64,000 bases of DNA from Halioglobus sp. (GCA_034521205.1 JAXHMT010000002.1:37896-101895); one strand, 5' to 3'; counted from the first letter of the stretch, positions 18,235 through 28,264 are shown. Numbers and translations are program-made. Notes: a model not told the origin generated them from the sequence alone.

Positions 18235-19947
18235 ATGACTCGACACAAGGGCGCTGAACAACCGATCGACGACCGCCGCGAAGACAGCGCAATCTCGATC
18301 GGGGCACAGACTCACCAGGTATTCAACCAGCCGCCGCCGCTGGAGGATTTCAACACCTACACAGCGGACAGGCCCCTGATGGACGCGTTGAAGTACGGCG
18401 GCGGAGAGTGGGGCGAGGCCCAGGTGGCCGGTCTCGGCGCCCTGCTGGGACAGGCGGAGTGGATCGAGCGCGGGTTCCGGGCCAATGAAAACAAACCGGT
18501 ATTCCGCTCCCACGACCGCTACGGACACCGCATCGATCGCGTCGATTTTCATCCCGCCTATCACGAGTTGATGGCGCTGGCCATCGAGCACAATATTCAC
18601 GCGCTGCCGTGGAGCGGACCCCAGCCCGGCGCCCACGCCGTGCGCCTGGCCATGAACTATCTCTACAACCAGAACGAGGCGGGCACGGCGTGTCCGCTCA
18701 CCATGACTTTCGCCTGCGTGCCGGCGTTGCAGAAAACCCCGGCGCTGGCCGATACCTGGTTGCCGAAGGTTTTCAGCCGCGAATACGACCCGGGCTTTGC
18801 GCCGATCGAGAACAAGCGCGGCGCCACCATCGGCATGGCGATGACCGAAAAGCAGGGCGGCACGGATGTTCGCGCCAATACCACCACGGCGATACCGGAG
18901 GCGGGAGACGAGGGATCGGGCGCGGCCTATTCGCTCGTCGGTCACAAATGGTTCTGCAGCGCGCCGATGAGCGACGCCTTTCTCACACTGGCCCAGACCG
19001 ACGACGGGCTTAGCTGTTTCCTGCTGCCGCGCTGGCGTCCGGACGGCTCGCTGAACGCCTTCCACATCCAGCGGTTGAAGGACAAGATGGGCAACCGCTC
19101 CAACGCGTCCAGCGAAGTCGAGTTTCGCGGCGCCCACGCCCGGATGCTCGGTGACCCGGGGCGCGGTGTGCCCACGATTATCGAGATGGTCGCGCTCACG
19201 CGCTACGACTGCATGATCGGTTCCACGTCGCTGATGCGGCAGGCCGTGGCCCAGGTCACGCACCACATCGCGCACCGCGACGTCATGGGCAAACGCCTGA
19301 TCGAACAGCCGCTGATGCAGAACGTCGCCGCCGATCTGTGTCTGGAGGTCGAGGGCGCGCTGGCCATGACCATGCGCCTGGCCATGGCCATGGACCGGCC
19401 CGGGGACGAGCGCGAGCAACAACTGGTCCGCCTCGCCACCGCCGTCGGCAAATACTGGATCTGCAAGCGCGCCACGCAACATATCGGCGAGGCCCAGGAA
19501 TGCCTCGGCGGTATCGGCTACGTGGAAGAGTCGATAATGGCCCGGCTCTACCGGGAGGCCCCGGTCAACTCCATCTGGGAGGGCAGCGGCAACGTGCAGT
19601 GCCTCGACGTGCTGCGCGCGGTGAGCAGGGCGCCCGAGGTTCTGGAGGTCTTTTTAGAGGAGCTGCACAGGGCGCGCGGCCGCCACAGCGACTACGATCG
19701 CAGTCTGGACGCCCTGGTCGCGGCCTTCGAGGACCGGGACAATCTGGAGTACCGCGCGCGCGGCCTCGTCGAACACATGGCCCGGCAGATGCAGGCCTGC
19801 CAGTTGCTACTGATGGGCGATGAGCAGGTGGCCGATGCTTTTTGCAGCGCGCGGTTGGGTGTACAGCGCGGGCTGAACTTCGGCAATCTGCCCGCGACCG
19901 TGGACTGCGCCGCACTGATCGAACGCGCCCGCCCCGTATTGGCTTAG
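18235..19947 (+). CDS. aidB: AidB-like acyl-CoA dehydrogenase
   Basis: FNQPPPL, CPLTMT, MAMTEKQGGTDV, GHKWFCSAPMSD, RLKDKMGNRSNASSEVEF, IWEGSGNV. Confidence 0.85.
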   Translation: MTRHKGAEQPIDDRREDSAISIGAQTHQVFNQPPPLEDFNTYTADRPLMDALKYGGGEWGEAQVAGLGALLGQAEWIERGFRANENKPVFRSHDRYGHRIDRVDFHPAYHELMALAIEHNIHALPWSGPQPGAHAVRLAMNYLYNQNEAGTACPLTMTFACVPALQKTPALADTWLPKVFSREYDPGFAPIENKRGATIGMAMTEKQGGTDVRANTTTAIPEAGDEGSGAAYSLVGHKWFCSAPMSDAFLTLAQTDDGLSCFLLPRWRPDGSLNAFHIQRLKDKMGNRSNASSEVEFRGAHARMLGDPGRGVPTIIEMVALTRYDCMIGSTSLMRQAVAQVTHHIAHRDVMGKRLIEQPLMQNVAADLCLEVEGALAMTMRLAMAMDRPGDEREQQLVRLATAVGKYWICKRATQHIGEAQECLGGIGYVEESIMARLYREAPVNSIWEGSGNVQCLDVLRAVSRAPEVLEVFLEELHRARGRHSDYDRSLDALVAAFEDRDNLEYRARGLVEHMARQMQACQLLLMGDEQVADAFCSARLGVQRGLNFGNLPATVDCAALIERARPVLA

Positions 19948-20001
19948 CGGAGCGAACGTCCGGCCTTGTAGATCAAGTGGGTGGAGGCCTGTTGCGCTTT
20001 G

Positions 20002-20340
20002 TTATAAGGCAAGAACAAGGCGAATACCCTCCTCAACTTCACGGAGTGTCATATCGTGCAGTTTCCCAACGCGCTTTCGTAGAAAGGACTTGTCGAGTGT
20101 TACAATCTGAGAAACATTTACGACGGATTCGCGACCAAGCTTCGTACTACGTTTAGGGAGTAGGACATTTCCTGGAGCAGCAGCAAGTTTTGTGTTTGAT
20201 GTAATCGCGACAACCACAACAGTATTGATTCGACTGCGATTGAATTCATTGGACTGTAGAATCAGCACCGGTCGTCTGAAGCCTGGCTCGGAAGCGGTTG
20301 GCTCGGGAAGTTCTGCCCACCAAAGCTCCCCTCGCTTCAT
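20002..20340 (-). CDS. mazF: PemK/MazF family endoribonuclease toxin
   Basis: MKRGELWWAELPEP..SEPGFRRPVLILQSNEFN...VVVAITS...SVVNVSQIVTLDK. Confidence 0.93.
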   Translation of the reverse strand: MKRGELWWAELPEPTASEPGFRRPVLILQSNEFNRSRINTVVVVAITSNTKLAAAPGNVLLPKRSTKLGRESVVNVSQIVTLDKSFLRKRVGKLHDMTLREVEEGIRLVLAL

Positions 20341-20577
20341 TTACCAGTCATCCTTTTCGATGCTCTTGCTCTGCATTTGGCCAAGATGTTCATCCAATTC
20401 GGAATCTTCTGAAGCATAGAGGTCATTGAGTCGCGATGTTACGTCTTCGACCCTATGCCGCTCGATAAATTCATATACCGCGGTCGAATATAGCTCACTC
20501 CTGGACACACCAAGCTTCTTGGCCGCCCTGTCTGCAGCTTCGAATATATCATCTGGTACTGAGATTGCCGTTTTCAT
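20341..20577 (-). CDS. Ribbon-helix-helix antitoxin
   Basis: MKTAISVPDDIFEAADRAAKKLGVSRSELYSTAV; abuts the toxin start. Confidence 0.88.
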   Translation of the reverse strand: MKTAISVPDDIFEAADRAAKKLGVSRSELYSTAVYEFIERHRVEDVTSRLNDLYASEDSELDEHLGQMQSKSIEKDDW

Positions 20578-20584
20578 GAATGTA

Positions 20585-20602
20585 GTATAACTATGGTTAT
20601 AC
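20585..20602. promoter_or_regulatory. Putative TA operator GTATAAC-TATG-GTTATAC
   Basis: Perfect 7-bp inverted repeat 7 bp upstream of the antitoxin ATG. Confidence 0.7.
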
Positions 20603-20712
20603 CCGGATGCAAGCATCATAACGCTCTGAAGGATGGCAGTGAAACTGCTGAGTAGTTTTACCCTCCACCTCTGGCGGGACGGTCCTGCTATCGGGTGCGG
20701 GTCTCGCGCCGC

Positions 20713-21912
20713 TCAGGCCGAATGCGTCTCCGTATCCGTTTCCAGCTCCCGAACTTTCGGCTGCCGCCGCCGCCGCGCTCTCGCCGGGATCATGTCGCGC
20801 ATGGCCTCGAGCTTGCCGAAGCACAGCAGTTTGTCGCCGGCCTCGAGGACGCGGTGGTAGCGTGGATTGGGAATCACTTTGGCGCCGCGATACAGCGTCA
20901 ATACGTTGATGTCCTTTTCCGTCAGGCCGGCCTCGGTAATGGTCCGCCCCACGAAATTGGAGCCCTCCGGGACGTAGATTTCGCTGACGCCGTAGCCCTT
21001 GCTGACGGTCAGTCTCTGGCGCACGTCTATCTCCGGGAAGTCCACCTGCGCCGCAATGTATTCGATGACCGCACCGGCGATATCCAGCCCGGTGCACGTC
21101 TCGATACCCTCCAGCCCGGGGGATGAATTGACTTCCATGACCTGCGGTCCGTCCTTGCCCTCGAGCATGTCCACGCCTGCCACGCGCAGGCCCATAATCT
21201 GTGTGCAGCGCACCGCGGTCTCCAGATAATCCTCGTCCAGATCCACCGGTTCGGCGACACCGCCGCGGTGTACGTTGCTGCGAAACTCCTGCCCCTGGGC
21301 CACACGACGCATGGCGGCGACCACGCGATCGCCGACCACGAAAGCCCGGATATCCCGGCCCTTGCTCTCCGCCACGAATTTCTGGATCAGCACGTTCTGC
21401 TTCTGACTCTGCAGCAGTTCGATAATCGACTCCGCCTGCTTCACCGAATCCGCCAGCAGCACGCCGATGCCCTGGGTGCCCTCGATCAGCTTGATCACCA
21501 CCGGCGCGCCCCCGACCCGTTCGATCGCCGGCAGCACATCCTTCTTGTCGCGCACGAAGGTGGTGCGGGGAATACCGACGCGGTGCCGGCTGAGGATTTG
21601 CAGGCTGCGCAGTTTGTCGCGGGAGTTGAGGATGCCGTGGGCGGTATTGGCGCAGAACACGTCCATCTCCTGAAACTGCCGCACCACCGCGGTCCCGTAG
21701 TAGGTTATCGAGGCCCCGATCCGCGGCAGCGCGGCGTCATAGGTACTCAGGTGCTTCTGGCGATAGAAGAGATCCGGGGCGCCGCGTTCCAGGTCGATCG
21801 CGAACTTGAGCGTGTTGAGCGTCTTGGCCTGGTGACCGCGGTGCGCCGCGGCTTCGCGCAGGCGCCGGGTGCTGTAGGAATTCGGCGCGCAGGACAGGAT
21901 GGCGAGTTTCAT
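20713..21912 (-). CDS. rimK: RimK family ATP-grasp glutamate ligase with a C-terminal TrkA-C (RCK_C) domain
   Basis: MKLAILS...YSTRRL, PRIGASITYYG, RSRDK-like RDKLRSLQIL, GTQGIGV, FRSNVHRGG, EVNSSPGLEGIE; tail VPEGSNFVGRTI...VLEAGDKLLCFG. Confidence 0.9.
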   Translation of the reverse strand: MKLAILSCAPNSYSTRRLREAAAHRGHQAKTLNTLKFAIDLERGAPDLFYRQKHLSTYDAALPRIGASITYYGTAVVRQFQEMDVFCANTAHGILNSRDKLRSLQILSRHRVGIPRTTFVRDKKDVLPAIERVGGAPVVIKLIEGTQGIGVLLADSVKQAESIIELLQSQKQNVLIQKFVAESKGRDIRAFVVGDRVVAAMRRVAQGQEFRSNVHRGGVAEPVDLDEDYLETAVRCTQIMGLRVAGVDMLEGKDGPQVMEVNSSPGLEGIETCTGLDIAGAVIEYIAAQVDFPEIDVRQRLTVSKGYGVSEIYVPEGSNFVGRTITEAGLTEKDINVLTLYRGAKVIPNPRYHRVLEAGDKLLCFGKLEAMRDMIPARARRRRQPKVRELETDTETHSA

Positions 21913-22033
21913 GTCAAAGACTCCCGGATCGAAGAAATGGCGGCGAGGTCGACATATTTACATGCCGACCGTCCACCGGGCAACACATCAGCGAATGGAA
22001 AACAGCACCAGCGGTTGAGATCACAGCCCGAGC

Positions 22034-22166
22034 GAGGGGCGGTTACGGTGCACTGAAACCGTGTGGCGACAGGAGAGCCTGCCCTCTTTTTCGGGCACGT
22101 CGACCCGAGCCTGCACAGGGAGGTGCGCTTTTTGGCGTGTTTCAGTGCGACCGTATACCGCCCCTT
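22034..22166. repeat. Dispersed structured repeat (GGA-loop element), copy 1
   Basis: Outer IR TACGGTGCACTGAAAC / GTTTCAGTGCGACCGTA; inner GGCGAC-AGGA... and GCAC-AGGGAG-GTGC hairpins; homologous to 25.3-25.6 kb and 42.3 kb. Confidence 0.85.
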
Positions 22167-22344
22167 GCGACCCTCACTGGACCCGAGAACCCTGGCTGCG
22201 ACCTCATATGAGACCCCTGGTTGCGGCTTCATGTGAAAACACTGGAATCAACACACCGCCACCGGTCGATGCGGAATCGACAGACCTTCCCCCCTCGCCC
22301 GCGAACAAGCCGACGCCAACCAGTGTCGCTGCTCTGCTGTTGCC

Positions 22345-23631
22345 TTACAGCAGCCCCGCCAACAGAGTCGCCGTACCCAGAAAGGCAAAGAAACCCGACA
22401 CGTCGGTGACGGTCGTGAGAATAATGGAGGAGGCCGTGGCCGGATCCTGTCCCAGACGCGACAGCACCATGGGCACCAGTGCGCCGGAAATACCCGCCAT
22501 GACCATGGCGGTGACCATGGCGATGGCGATCACCAGCCCCAGCCCCGGCGACTGGCTCCACAGCCAGACGCCCAGGCCGCAGGTAATCGCCAACGCGACA
22601 CCGTTGATCAGGCCGATCTGCAACTCCTTGTTCATCACCGCGCGCCAGTGCAGCGTGCTGATCTCGCGCAGCGCCAGACCCCGCATGGTCACCGCCAGTG
22701 CCTGCGAGCCCGCATTGCCGGACTGTCCGGCGACCACCGGCAGCAGAATCGCCAGGGCGGTGAATTGCGCGATGATCGACTCGAACAGACCCACCACCGC
22801 CGCCGCCAGAAAAGCGGTGAGGAGATTGATATGCAGCCAGGGCAGACGGCGCTTCACCGCGAATAGCGGCGTGGACAGGGCGCGCTCGTCGGCGCTCGCG
22901 CCCACCATGCGCTGGATATCGGCGGTGGCGGCCTCTTCGGCTGCCTGGAACAGGTTGGCGTAGCGAATGATGCCGATCAGCCTGAAATCCTGGTCGACCA
23001 CGGGAATGGAGTCCACCCGGGAGCGATCAAACAGTTGCACCAGGTCTTCCTCGGTCGACGTGAGGGAAGCGACGTCCTCGACCGTGTTGAGCAGTTCCGA
23101 CATCGGCGTGTCGGGGTCCGCCAGCGCCATATCCTGCAGATCGACGCGCCCGGCCAGCACGTCGTTGTCGCTCACCACATACAGCGAGCGCACGCGCTGG
23201 GCCCTGGACTTGCGCAGGACCGACAGCGCTTCGCCGACGCTCTGGTCGATGTGGTAGCGCGCCAGCAGGCGCTCCATGAACCGGCCCGCGGTGCGTTCCG
23301 GCGACTGCAGAAGTTCCAGGTATTCCTGGCGCACGCGGGCAGGCAGGCGCGCCAGCGTGCCGTCGAGTTCCTCTTTTGTGAGGGCGCGCATGACTTGCAT
23401 CGCGGTGCGCACATTGGCCAGTTGCAGAACCTCTGCGCGGCGCGTCTCGTCCAGCGCCAGAAACAGTTCTCTCTGCCGGTGCGGCTCGACGTGCTCCAGC
23501 AACCGGGTGTAGGCCTCCGCCGACAACTCGTCCAGCCCGGTCGGCAGAGTATCCTGGGCCTCGACCGCCAGCGCCGCGTCCATCGGATGCGCCCGCACGT
23601 AGTAGTCGCGCAGTGTCTCCGGGAGGCTCAT
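22345..23631 (-). CDS. mgtE: Magnesium transporter MgtE
   Basis: MgtE_N, CBS pair, KRRLPWLHINL, PVVAGQSGNAGSQ, DPATASSIILTTVTDVSGFF. Confidence 0.93.
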   Translation of the reverse strand: MSLPETLRDYYVRAHPMDAALAVEAQDTLPTGLDELSAEAYTRLLEHVEPHRQRELFLALDETRRAEVLQLANVRTAMQVMRALTKEELDGTLARLPARVRQEYLELLQSPERTAGRFMERLLARYHIDQSVGEALSVLRKSRAQRVRSLYVVSDNDVLAGRVDLQDMALADPDTPMSELLNTVEDVASLTSTEEDLVQLFDRSRVDSIPVVDQDFRLIGIIRYANLFQAAEEAATADIQRMVGASADERALSTPLFAVKRRLPWLHINLLTAFLAAAVVGLFESIIAQFTALAILLPVVAGQSGNAGSQALAVTMRGLALREISTLHWRAVMNKELQIGLINGVALAITCGLGVWLWSQSPGLGLVIAIAMVTAMVMAGISGALVPMVLSRLGQDPATASSIILTTVTDVSGFFAFLGTATLLAGLL

Positions 23632-24440
23632 CGGGATTTTCCGAGCACCGACTCGACCACGCTGGCGCAGGCATTGAGGTAGCCGCCGGCCAGTTCTGTC
23701 AGCAGTTGTTCAAGATTGTATTCACGGGCCGTTGTGTTGCCCGCTGCCCGTTCCAGGGCGGCGCGGGTCACGATACCCAGCAGCCGATGCCTGGCGTCGA
23801 CCACGGGCAGTTCCGAATGGTTGAGCCACTGACGAGCGGTCAGCGCGCTCTCCACTCGCGTGAGGCCGTTGAGCGGTGACACCGACAGCGCAAAGTCAGC
23901 CAGCGGCCGCGAGCGGTTCTTGCGCGCGTAAACCGCCTGCAGATTGAGTCTTCCCAGGTAGCGGCCCTGCGCGTCCACCACCAGCACGGGCCGGGGCTTG
24001 TTGTCGGTACTGTTGGCCAGTTGCTCGGCGAAGTCGCCGCACAATGTCGCTGCGCTCACCCGGATGAACTCCGTGGTCGCAAAGGCGGCGACACTGTGCG
24101 CGGGGAAGTTGAACAGCTCCCGCAGGTCGGGGTGTGCGCGCTTTGGCGCGGCCTCGAGAACCGCCGGGTAAAGCGAGGTATGCAGGTGCGAAACCAGGGC
24201 GATGGCCTCGTCCGTGCGCGCGGCGATCAGCAGATCGGCGGTCAGCGCCGGTTCCAGGGTGCCCAGCAGTGTGGTGAGTTGCCAGCTGGCCAGGTGCGCC
24301 GCGACGCTTGCACCGACGCCGGGGGGCAGTGCCTGCAGCAGTTCGCACAGCTCGGACAAGTCCGCGTTCGACAGAACGGCCGCCATTTCCTGCGGCCGGC
24401 TGGAGGCGAACTGCAGTACCAGTGGGTCATGTTCCGGCAT
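23628..24440 (-). CDS. Soluble MgtE N-domain plus CBS-pair protein (no TM domain)
   Basis: Helical N-domain, two CBS repeats (VVDAQGRYLGRL; PVVDARHRLLGIVT); overlaps mgtE by 4 bp. Confidence 0.8.
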   Translation of the reverse strand: MPEHDPLVLQFASSRPQEMAAVLSNADLSELCELLQALPPGVGASVAAHLASWQLTTLLGTLEPALTADLLIAARTDEAIALVSHLHTSLYPAVLEAAPKRAHPDLRELFNFPAHSVAAFATTEFIRVSAATLCGDFAEQLANSTDNKPRPVLVVDAQGRYLGRLNLQAVYARKNRSRPLADFALSVSPLNGLTRVESALTARQWLNHSELPVVDARHRLLGIVTRAALERAAGNTTAREYNLEQLLTELAGGYLNACASVVESVLGKSR

Positions 24441-25209
24441 CGGCGTCCCCCTCGTCCGCGTCGCCGACGACGAGCAGCACTTCGGAGTCGACAAAGCGCG
24501 CGGTGGGTATGGTCAGCAGGCCGCGCTCCGTCTCCAGGATGATCGAGGTGCTGAGTATCTCGACGATCCTGCCGCTGCTGTTTCCGACGACGACGGTGTC
24601 GCCGACGCGGTAGCGGTCCAGCGCCCGGCGGGCCAGCAGGTTCTCCACCAGGGAGCGGCTGCCCAGGGCGAACGCCAGGGACAATCCGCCGAAGAAAAAC
24701 GCCAGCAGAATGACCATCACGTTGGAGATAAACGAGATATCGAATGCCGTCTGCGCCAGGCCGGTCAGTACCGCCGTGGTGATGACCAGCAATTGCGCCA
24801 GCCGCGGCACCAGATGGTCCGGTGCCACCCCCATCAGCCCGGCCAGCAGGGTGCGCACGACCACGCCAATGAGGTAGCCGGAGAGAATGATCAGTCCGCC
24901 CAGGATCAACTGGGGGACATGTTGCAGCAGAAGGTCCAGCCACTGCTGCACGACCGCGATACCGAGGGTTTGCAGCGCGGCGAGTACGAATATGAGAAGC
25001 AGGCCGTAGTACAGGCAGGCTGTCAGGGCGCGCCGCACCAGTGCCAGGTTCAGGCGTTCGAAACGTTGCGGCGCCGTGCGCCGCAGATAGCCTTCGAGGG
25101 CGATGAGCCAGCGCCTCAGCAATCTCGCGGCGAGTGCCGCGATAGCGAAACCCGCCAGCGCGATCAGCACCGCCAGTATTTCGGGATGGGCGCTGAAAAA
25201 TTCACTCAC
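24427..25209 (-). CDS. Small-conductance mechanosensitive channel family protein (TM-helix repeat type)
   Basis: Five TM segments; LSLAFALGSRSLVENLLA, YRVGDTVVVGNSSGRIVEI...LTIPT. Confidence 0.88.
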   Translation of the reverse strand: MSEFFSAHPEILAVLIALAGFAIAALAARLLRRWLIALEGYLRRTAPQRFERLNLALVRRALTACLYYGLLLIFVLAALQTLGIAVVQQWLDLLLQHVPQLILGGLIILSGYLIGVVVRTLLAGLMGVAPDHLVPRLAQLLVITTAVLTGLAQTAFDISFISNVMVILLAFFFGGLSLAFALGSRSLVENLLARRALDRYRVGDTVVVGNSSGRIVEILSTSIILETERGLLTIPTARFVDSEVLLVVGDADEGDADAGT

Positions 25210-25297
25210 CTTGAGCGGGCCTCCGCAGTGTTTTCGTGCATGTTAGCCGCAGGGAACGCCAAAGGCCATACCGTCATGGTGTGTGTCACATCGAATT

Positions 25298-25558
25298 GAA
25301 AGCAGTGCGTGAGCATGGGTTGGGTACGGCCCACTGGAACCGTGTGGCGACAGGAGAGCCTGCCCCTCTTTTTCGGGCACGTCGCCCCGCAAGCCTGCAC
25401 ACGAATGGTGGTGTGTGCTGCATCAGCTGGAAAGCAGTGCGTGAGCATGGGTTGGGTACGGCCCACTGGAACCGTGTGGCGACAGGACGTCGCCACCCGA
25501 GCCTGCACATGGAAGTGCGCTTTTTGGCGTGTTCCAGTGGGCCGTACCCAACCCATGC
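25298..25558. repeat. Tandem pair of the GGA-loop dispersed element (58-bp direct repeats; 27-bp inverted repeat)
   Basis: 25298-25355 equals 25430-25487; CATGGGTTGGGTACGGCCCACTGGAAC is inverted at 25531-25557. Confidence 0.9.
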
Positions 25559-25608
25559 GATTTCCATGCGGTAACAATTGAAACTGACGCACTACCGTGG
25601 CACAGGAG

Positions 25609-26160
25609 TTATGCACCGGTCCTGGGTTCGGCCGGGGGAGCGGGCGGCGGCGCAAATATTTTTTGCGGAAAATCCGTGTTGCCCCGGTCCAGCTTGATAA
25701 CCGGTTTCTGCAGGATCAGGGAATTGGGGTAGGTAACGATGTTCCCTGCAGGCGTGCGAATCAGCACGTGGAACAGGCTGATTTCCTCGACCGTGCCGGA
25801 GAGATCGAAATCGGCATCCGTCACCTTGATCGCGTCGCCCACCCGATAGGGAAAGCCGAAAAAGATAACCATGCTGGCGGTGATGTTGCTGAGGATGGAC
25901 CACTGGGCGAAGAAGGCGATGCCGACGACCGCGAAGGCGGAGGAGAGAAACAGGGACACGTCGCCGTAGCCCAGTCCCAGCACCAGGCAGACGACGAAGA
26001 CGAGCATGGCGAACAGCGCGATGTTGGTGGTCTTGAGCAGGTAATTGATACGCACCTGTGCAACATCCTTGAGCGCACCCAGGCGGCGGATAGCCATGCG
26101 GGCAGCGCGCAGCGCGAACAGGTAGACGGCAATACAGATCACGACGGACAGGATTTTCAT
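25609..26160 (-). CDS. MscS family mechanosensitive channel (short form)
   Basis: WSILSNITASMVIFFGFPYRVGDAIKV...GTVEEISLFHVLIRT...VTYPNSLILQK. Confidence 0.9.
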   Translation of the reverse strand: MKILSVVICIAVYLFALRAARMAIRRLGALKDVAQVRINYLLKTTNIALFAMLVFVVCLVLGLGYGDVSLFLSSAFAVVGIAFFAQWSILSNITASMVIFFGFPYRVGDAIKVTDADFDLSGTVEEISLFHVLIRTPAGNIVTYPNSLILQKPVIKLDRGNTDFPQKIFAPPPAPPAEPRTGA

Positions 26161-26272
26161 GGCTTCTTCCAGGCTCGAACAGTATCAGCGGCGTAGGACC
26201 GCGCCAGCGTCAGTATACAACGCGCGCAAAGGCGGGCCGCGATGGCAGGGTGATCCGGGTACCAGGGCTCGC

Positions 26273-27778
26273 TCATGCTTCCAGCGCGGCGATGATCTCG
26301 TTGCGCAGCGCCGCCGGGGAGATCACCCGGTCGAAGGCCATGGCGTCCGCGGCCACCCAGGCGCCGGACTGTATTTCCCGCAAACGCCCGGCCTCCTCCT
26401 CGCTCGCTTTCGCCGCCTCGGCGCCGCCGATCGCGGGCACGCCGCCGAGATTGACCGCCGGCAGGGCGAGGCTGACGACCTGGCGGTCCCAGGGGTTCAT
26501 GCCCATGACGGAGCTGCCGAAACCGAAGGCCTTGCGCAGCGTGGCGACAATCTTGCGGCCGCGATAGCGGCGCTGGGCGAGAAACATTGCGGCGGCGGCC
26601 TTGAGTACACCGTCGGCTTCGGCGGCGGGTCCGGGCATCACTCCCGGGTTGTCCACCAGGCTGATCAGCGGCAGATCAAAACGGTCGGCCACGCCGATGA
26701 AATGGGTGGCTTTTTCGGCGGCGGTCCGGGTGACCGCCCCGGCTTCCACCGCCGGCTGGTTGGCGATGATCATGCAGGGCGCGCCGCCGATGCGGGCGAG
26801 GGCGGCGATCAGGCTGCGCCCGTAGTCGGGTTGCAGTTCGAACAGGGATTGCGAGTCCACCAGCTCGGCGAGCACGTCGCGCATGTCGTAGGTCTGGTGC
26901 GCGTGGGGCGGTATGATTTCCAGCAGCCCGTCGAGAGAGCGCCGGGCTGCTGAGGGGCCGGTCGTGCGGGGAGGCGGGTCCCCGGCCCGGGCCGGCAGCA
27001 GCGAGAGAAAGTAGCGCGCCATGGCGAAGCAGTCCTGCTCCGTGTTGCCGATATTGTGCGCGACACCGCTGCGGGCTGTGTGCATTCGCGCGCCGCCCAG
27101 TTCCTCCGGTGTTGTCGCGATACCCAGCGCGGCCTGCACCAGTGGCGGCCCGGCGGAGAACATGGCGCTGCCCTCGGCCATGACGATGAGGTCGGCGAAC
27201 ATCCCGGTGAGGGCGCCGTGCCCCGCGGATGTCCCCAGTACCAGCGTTACCACCGGCGCCACCCCCTGCAGATCCGCCACCAGCTGCAGGTCGCCGGGCG
27301 CGTTGGGATAGCGCGCGGTCTGGTTGCCGGTGCGCTCGCCCGCACCATCCAGCATCAGCACCAGCGGCACCGCGCGTTCCAGCGCAAGCCGCACCAGTCG
27401 CGCCCGCTTGGCCGCGTTGGGGTGGCCGATGGAGCCGCCCTTCACGGTAAAGTCCTCGGCCAGTACCACTACCGTGCGGCCGTCGATGCGCGCGGTTCCC
27501 CCCACCAGGGCGTCCGCGGGCAGCGGGGCGCCGCCGGCGGGGTCCTGGCCGCCGGCGAGTGCGCCGTACTCGCTGAAACTGTTCCGGTCGCAGAGCGCCG
27601 CGATCCGCTGGCGCGCCGTGAGACGGCCGCGGCCGTGCTGCGCGCCGATCTTCTCCTCGCCGCCCATGCCCTCGGCGAAGCCGGTGCGTGACTGCAGTTC
27701 GTCGAGCAGGGCCTGCCAGCCCTCGCGGTGTGTGGCCAAAAGTCGGTGTCTCCGGTCAGGTATCCAGCCGCCAAACAT
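26273..27778 (-). CDS. Acyl-CoA carboxylase carboxyltransferase (beta) subunit; start uncertain (TTG 27739 has a GGAGA SD)
   Basis: GRLTARQRI, DFTVKGGSIG, LDGAGER, SAGHGAL, AGPPLV, ELGGARMH, VDNPGVMPG, LRKAFGFG. Confidence 0.92.
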   Translation of the reverse strand: MFGGWIPDRRHRLLATHREGWQALLDELQSRTGFAEGMGGEEKIGAQHGRGRLTARQRIAALCDRNSFSEYGALAGGQDPAGGAPLPADALVGGTARIDGRTVVVLAEDFTVKGGSIGHPNAAKRARLVRLALERAVPLVLMLDGAGERTGNQTARYPNAPGDLQLVADLQGVAPVVTLVLGTSAGHGALTGMFADLIVMAEGSAMFSAGPPLVQAALGIATTPEELGGARMHTARSGVAHNIGNTEQDCFAMARYFLSLLPARAGDPPPRTTGPSAARRSLDGLLEIIPPHAHQTYDMRDVLAELVDSQSLFELQPDYGRSLIAALARIGGAPCMIIANQPAVEAGAVTRTAAEKATHFIGVADRFDLPLISLVDNPGVMPGPAAEADGVLKAAAAMFLAQRRYRGRKIVATLRKAFGFGSSVMGMNPWDRQVVSLALPAVNLGGVPAIGGAEAAKASEEEAGRLREIQSGAWVAADAMAFDRVISPAALRNEIIAALEA

Positions 27779-28075
27779 ACGGGATGATTTTTCGCGGCAC
27801 AACGGTCCGGTCGGGGGTACGACCCGCATTGCGTGGACCGTCAGGACGCATCGCGGCTCAGGCGCCAGGCGCCGTGGCAGACGGAGAAACCGCTGCTCGA
27901 GGCAAAGCCGATGACGCTAGTGAGTGATTATTGTAGCAAGCACAGTATAGGTGTTTCGGGCCACCGCAAGGGCGCGCGAGGGGACGCCAGTGCGCCGGTC
28001 AGAGGCGGAAAACGTGAAAAATTACCCCTTTTGATGTATACTTTATGGATTCACTAACACATCAAAGGAACAGCC

Positions 28076-28264
28076 ATGCCACGCAAGCCCACTCGCGCCG
28101 CAGCCAAAAGAAAAGTGCCCGCCGCAGTAGAGACTTCCGACTCCATCGCTCAGCAAACCGCCGCCTTTCTGAAGGCCGGCAACAAGATCGATGTGATCGA
28201 TTCCGGTATCAGCGGGCAGGCCAGCATGGCGGTCAACAAGAACATCAAGCTCGGCAATCGCTAG
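28076..28264 (+). CDS. Small basic protein resembling SutA-like RNAP-binding proteins
   Basis: AAGGAA SD; IAQQTAAFLKAGNKIDVI..GISG pattern recalled from SutA-type domains. Confidence 0.5.
   Translation: MPRKPTRAAAKRKVPAAVETSDSIAQQTAAFLKAGNKIDVIDSGISGQASMAVNKNIKLGNR

Noticed and set aside
17965-19482. 893-aa ORF 16801..19482 as one protein
   Set aside because: The upstream part is the antisense shadow of the AidB-like gene; the dipeptidase starts at GTG 17964.
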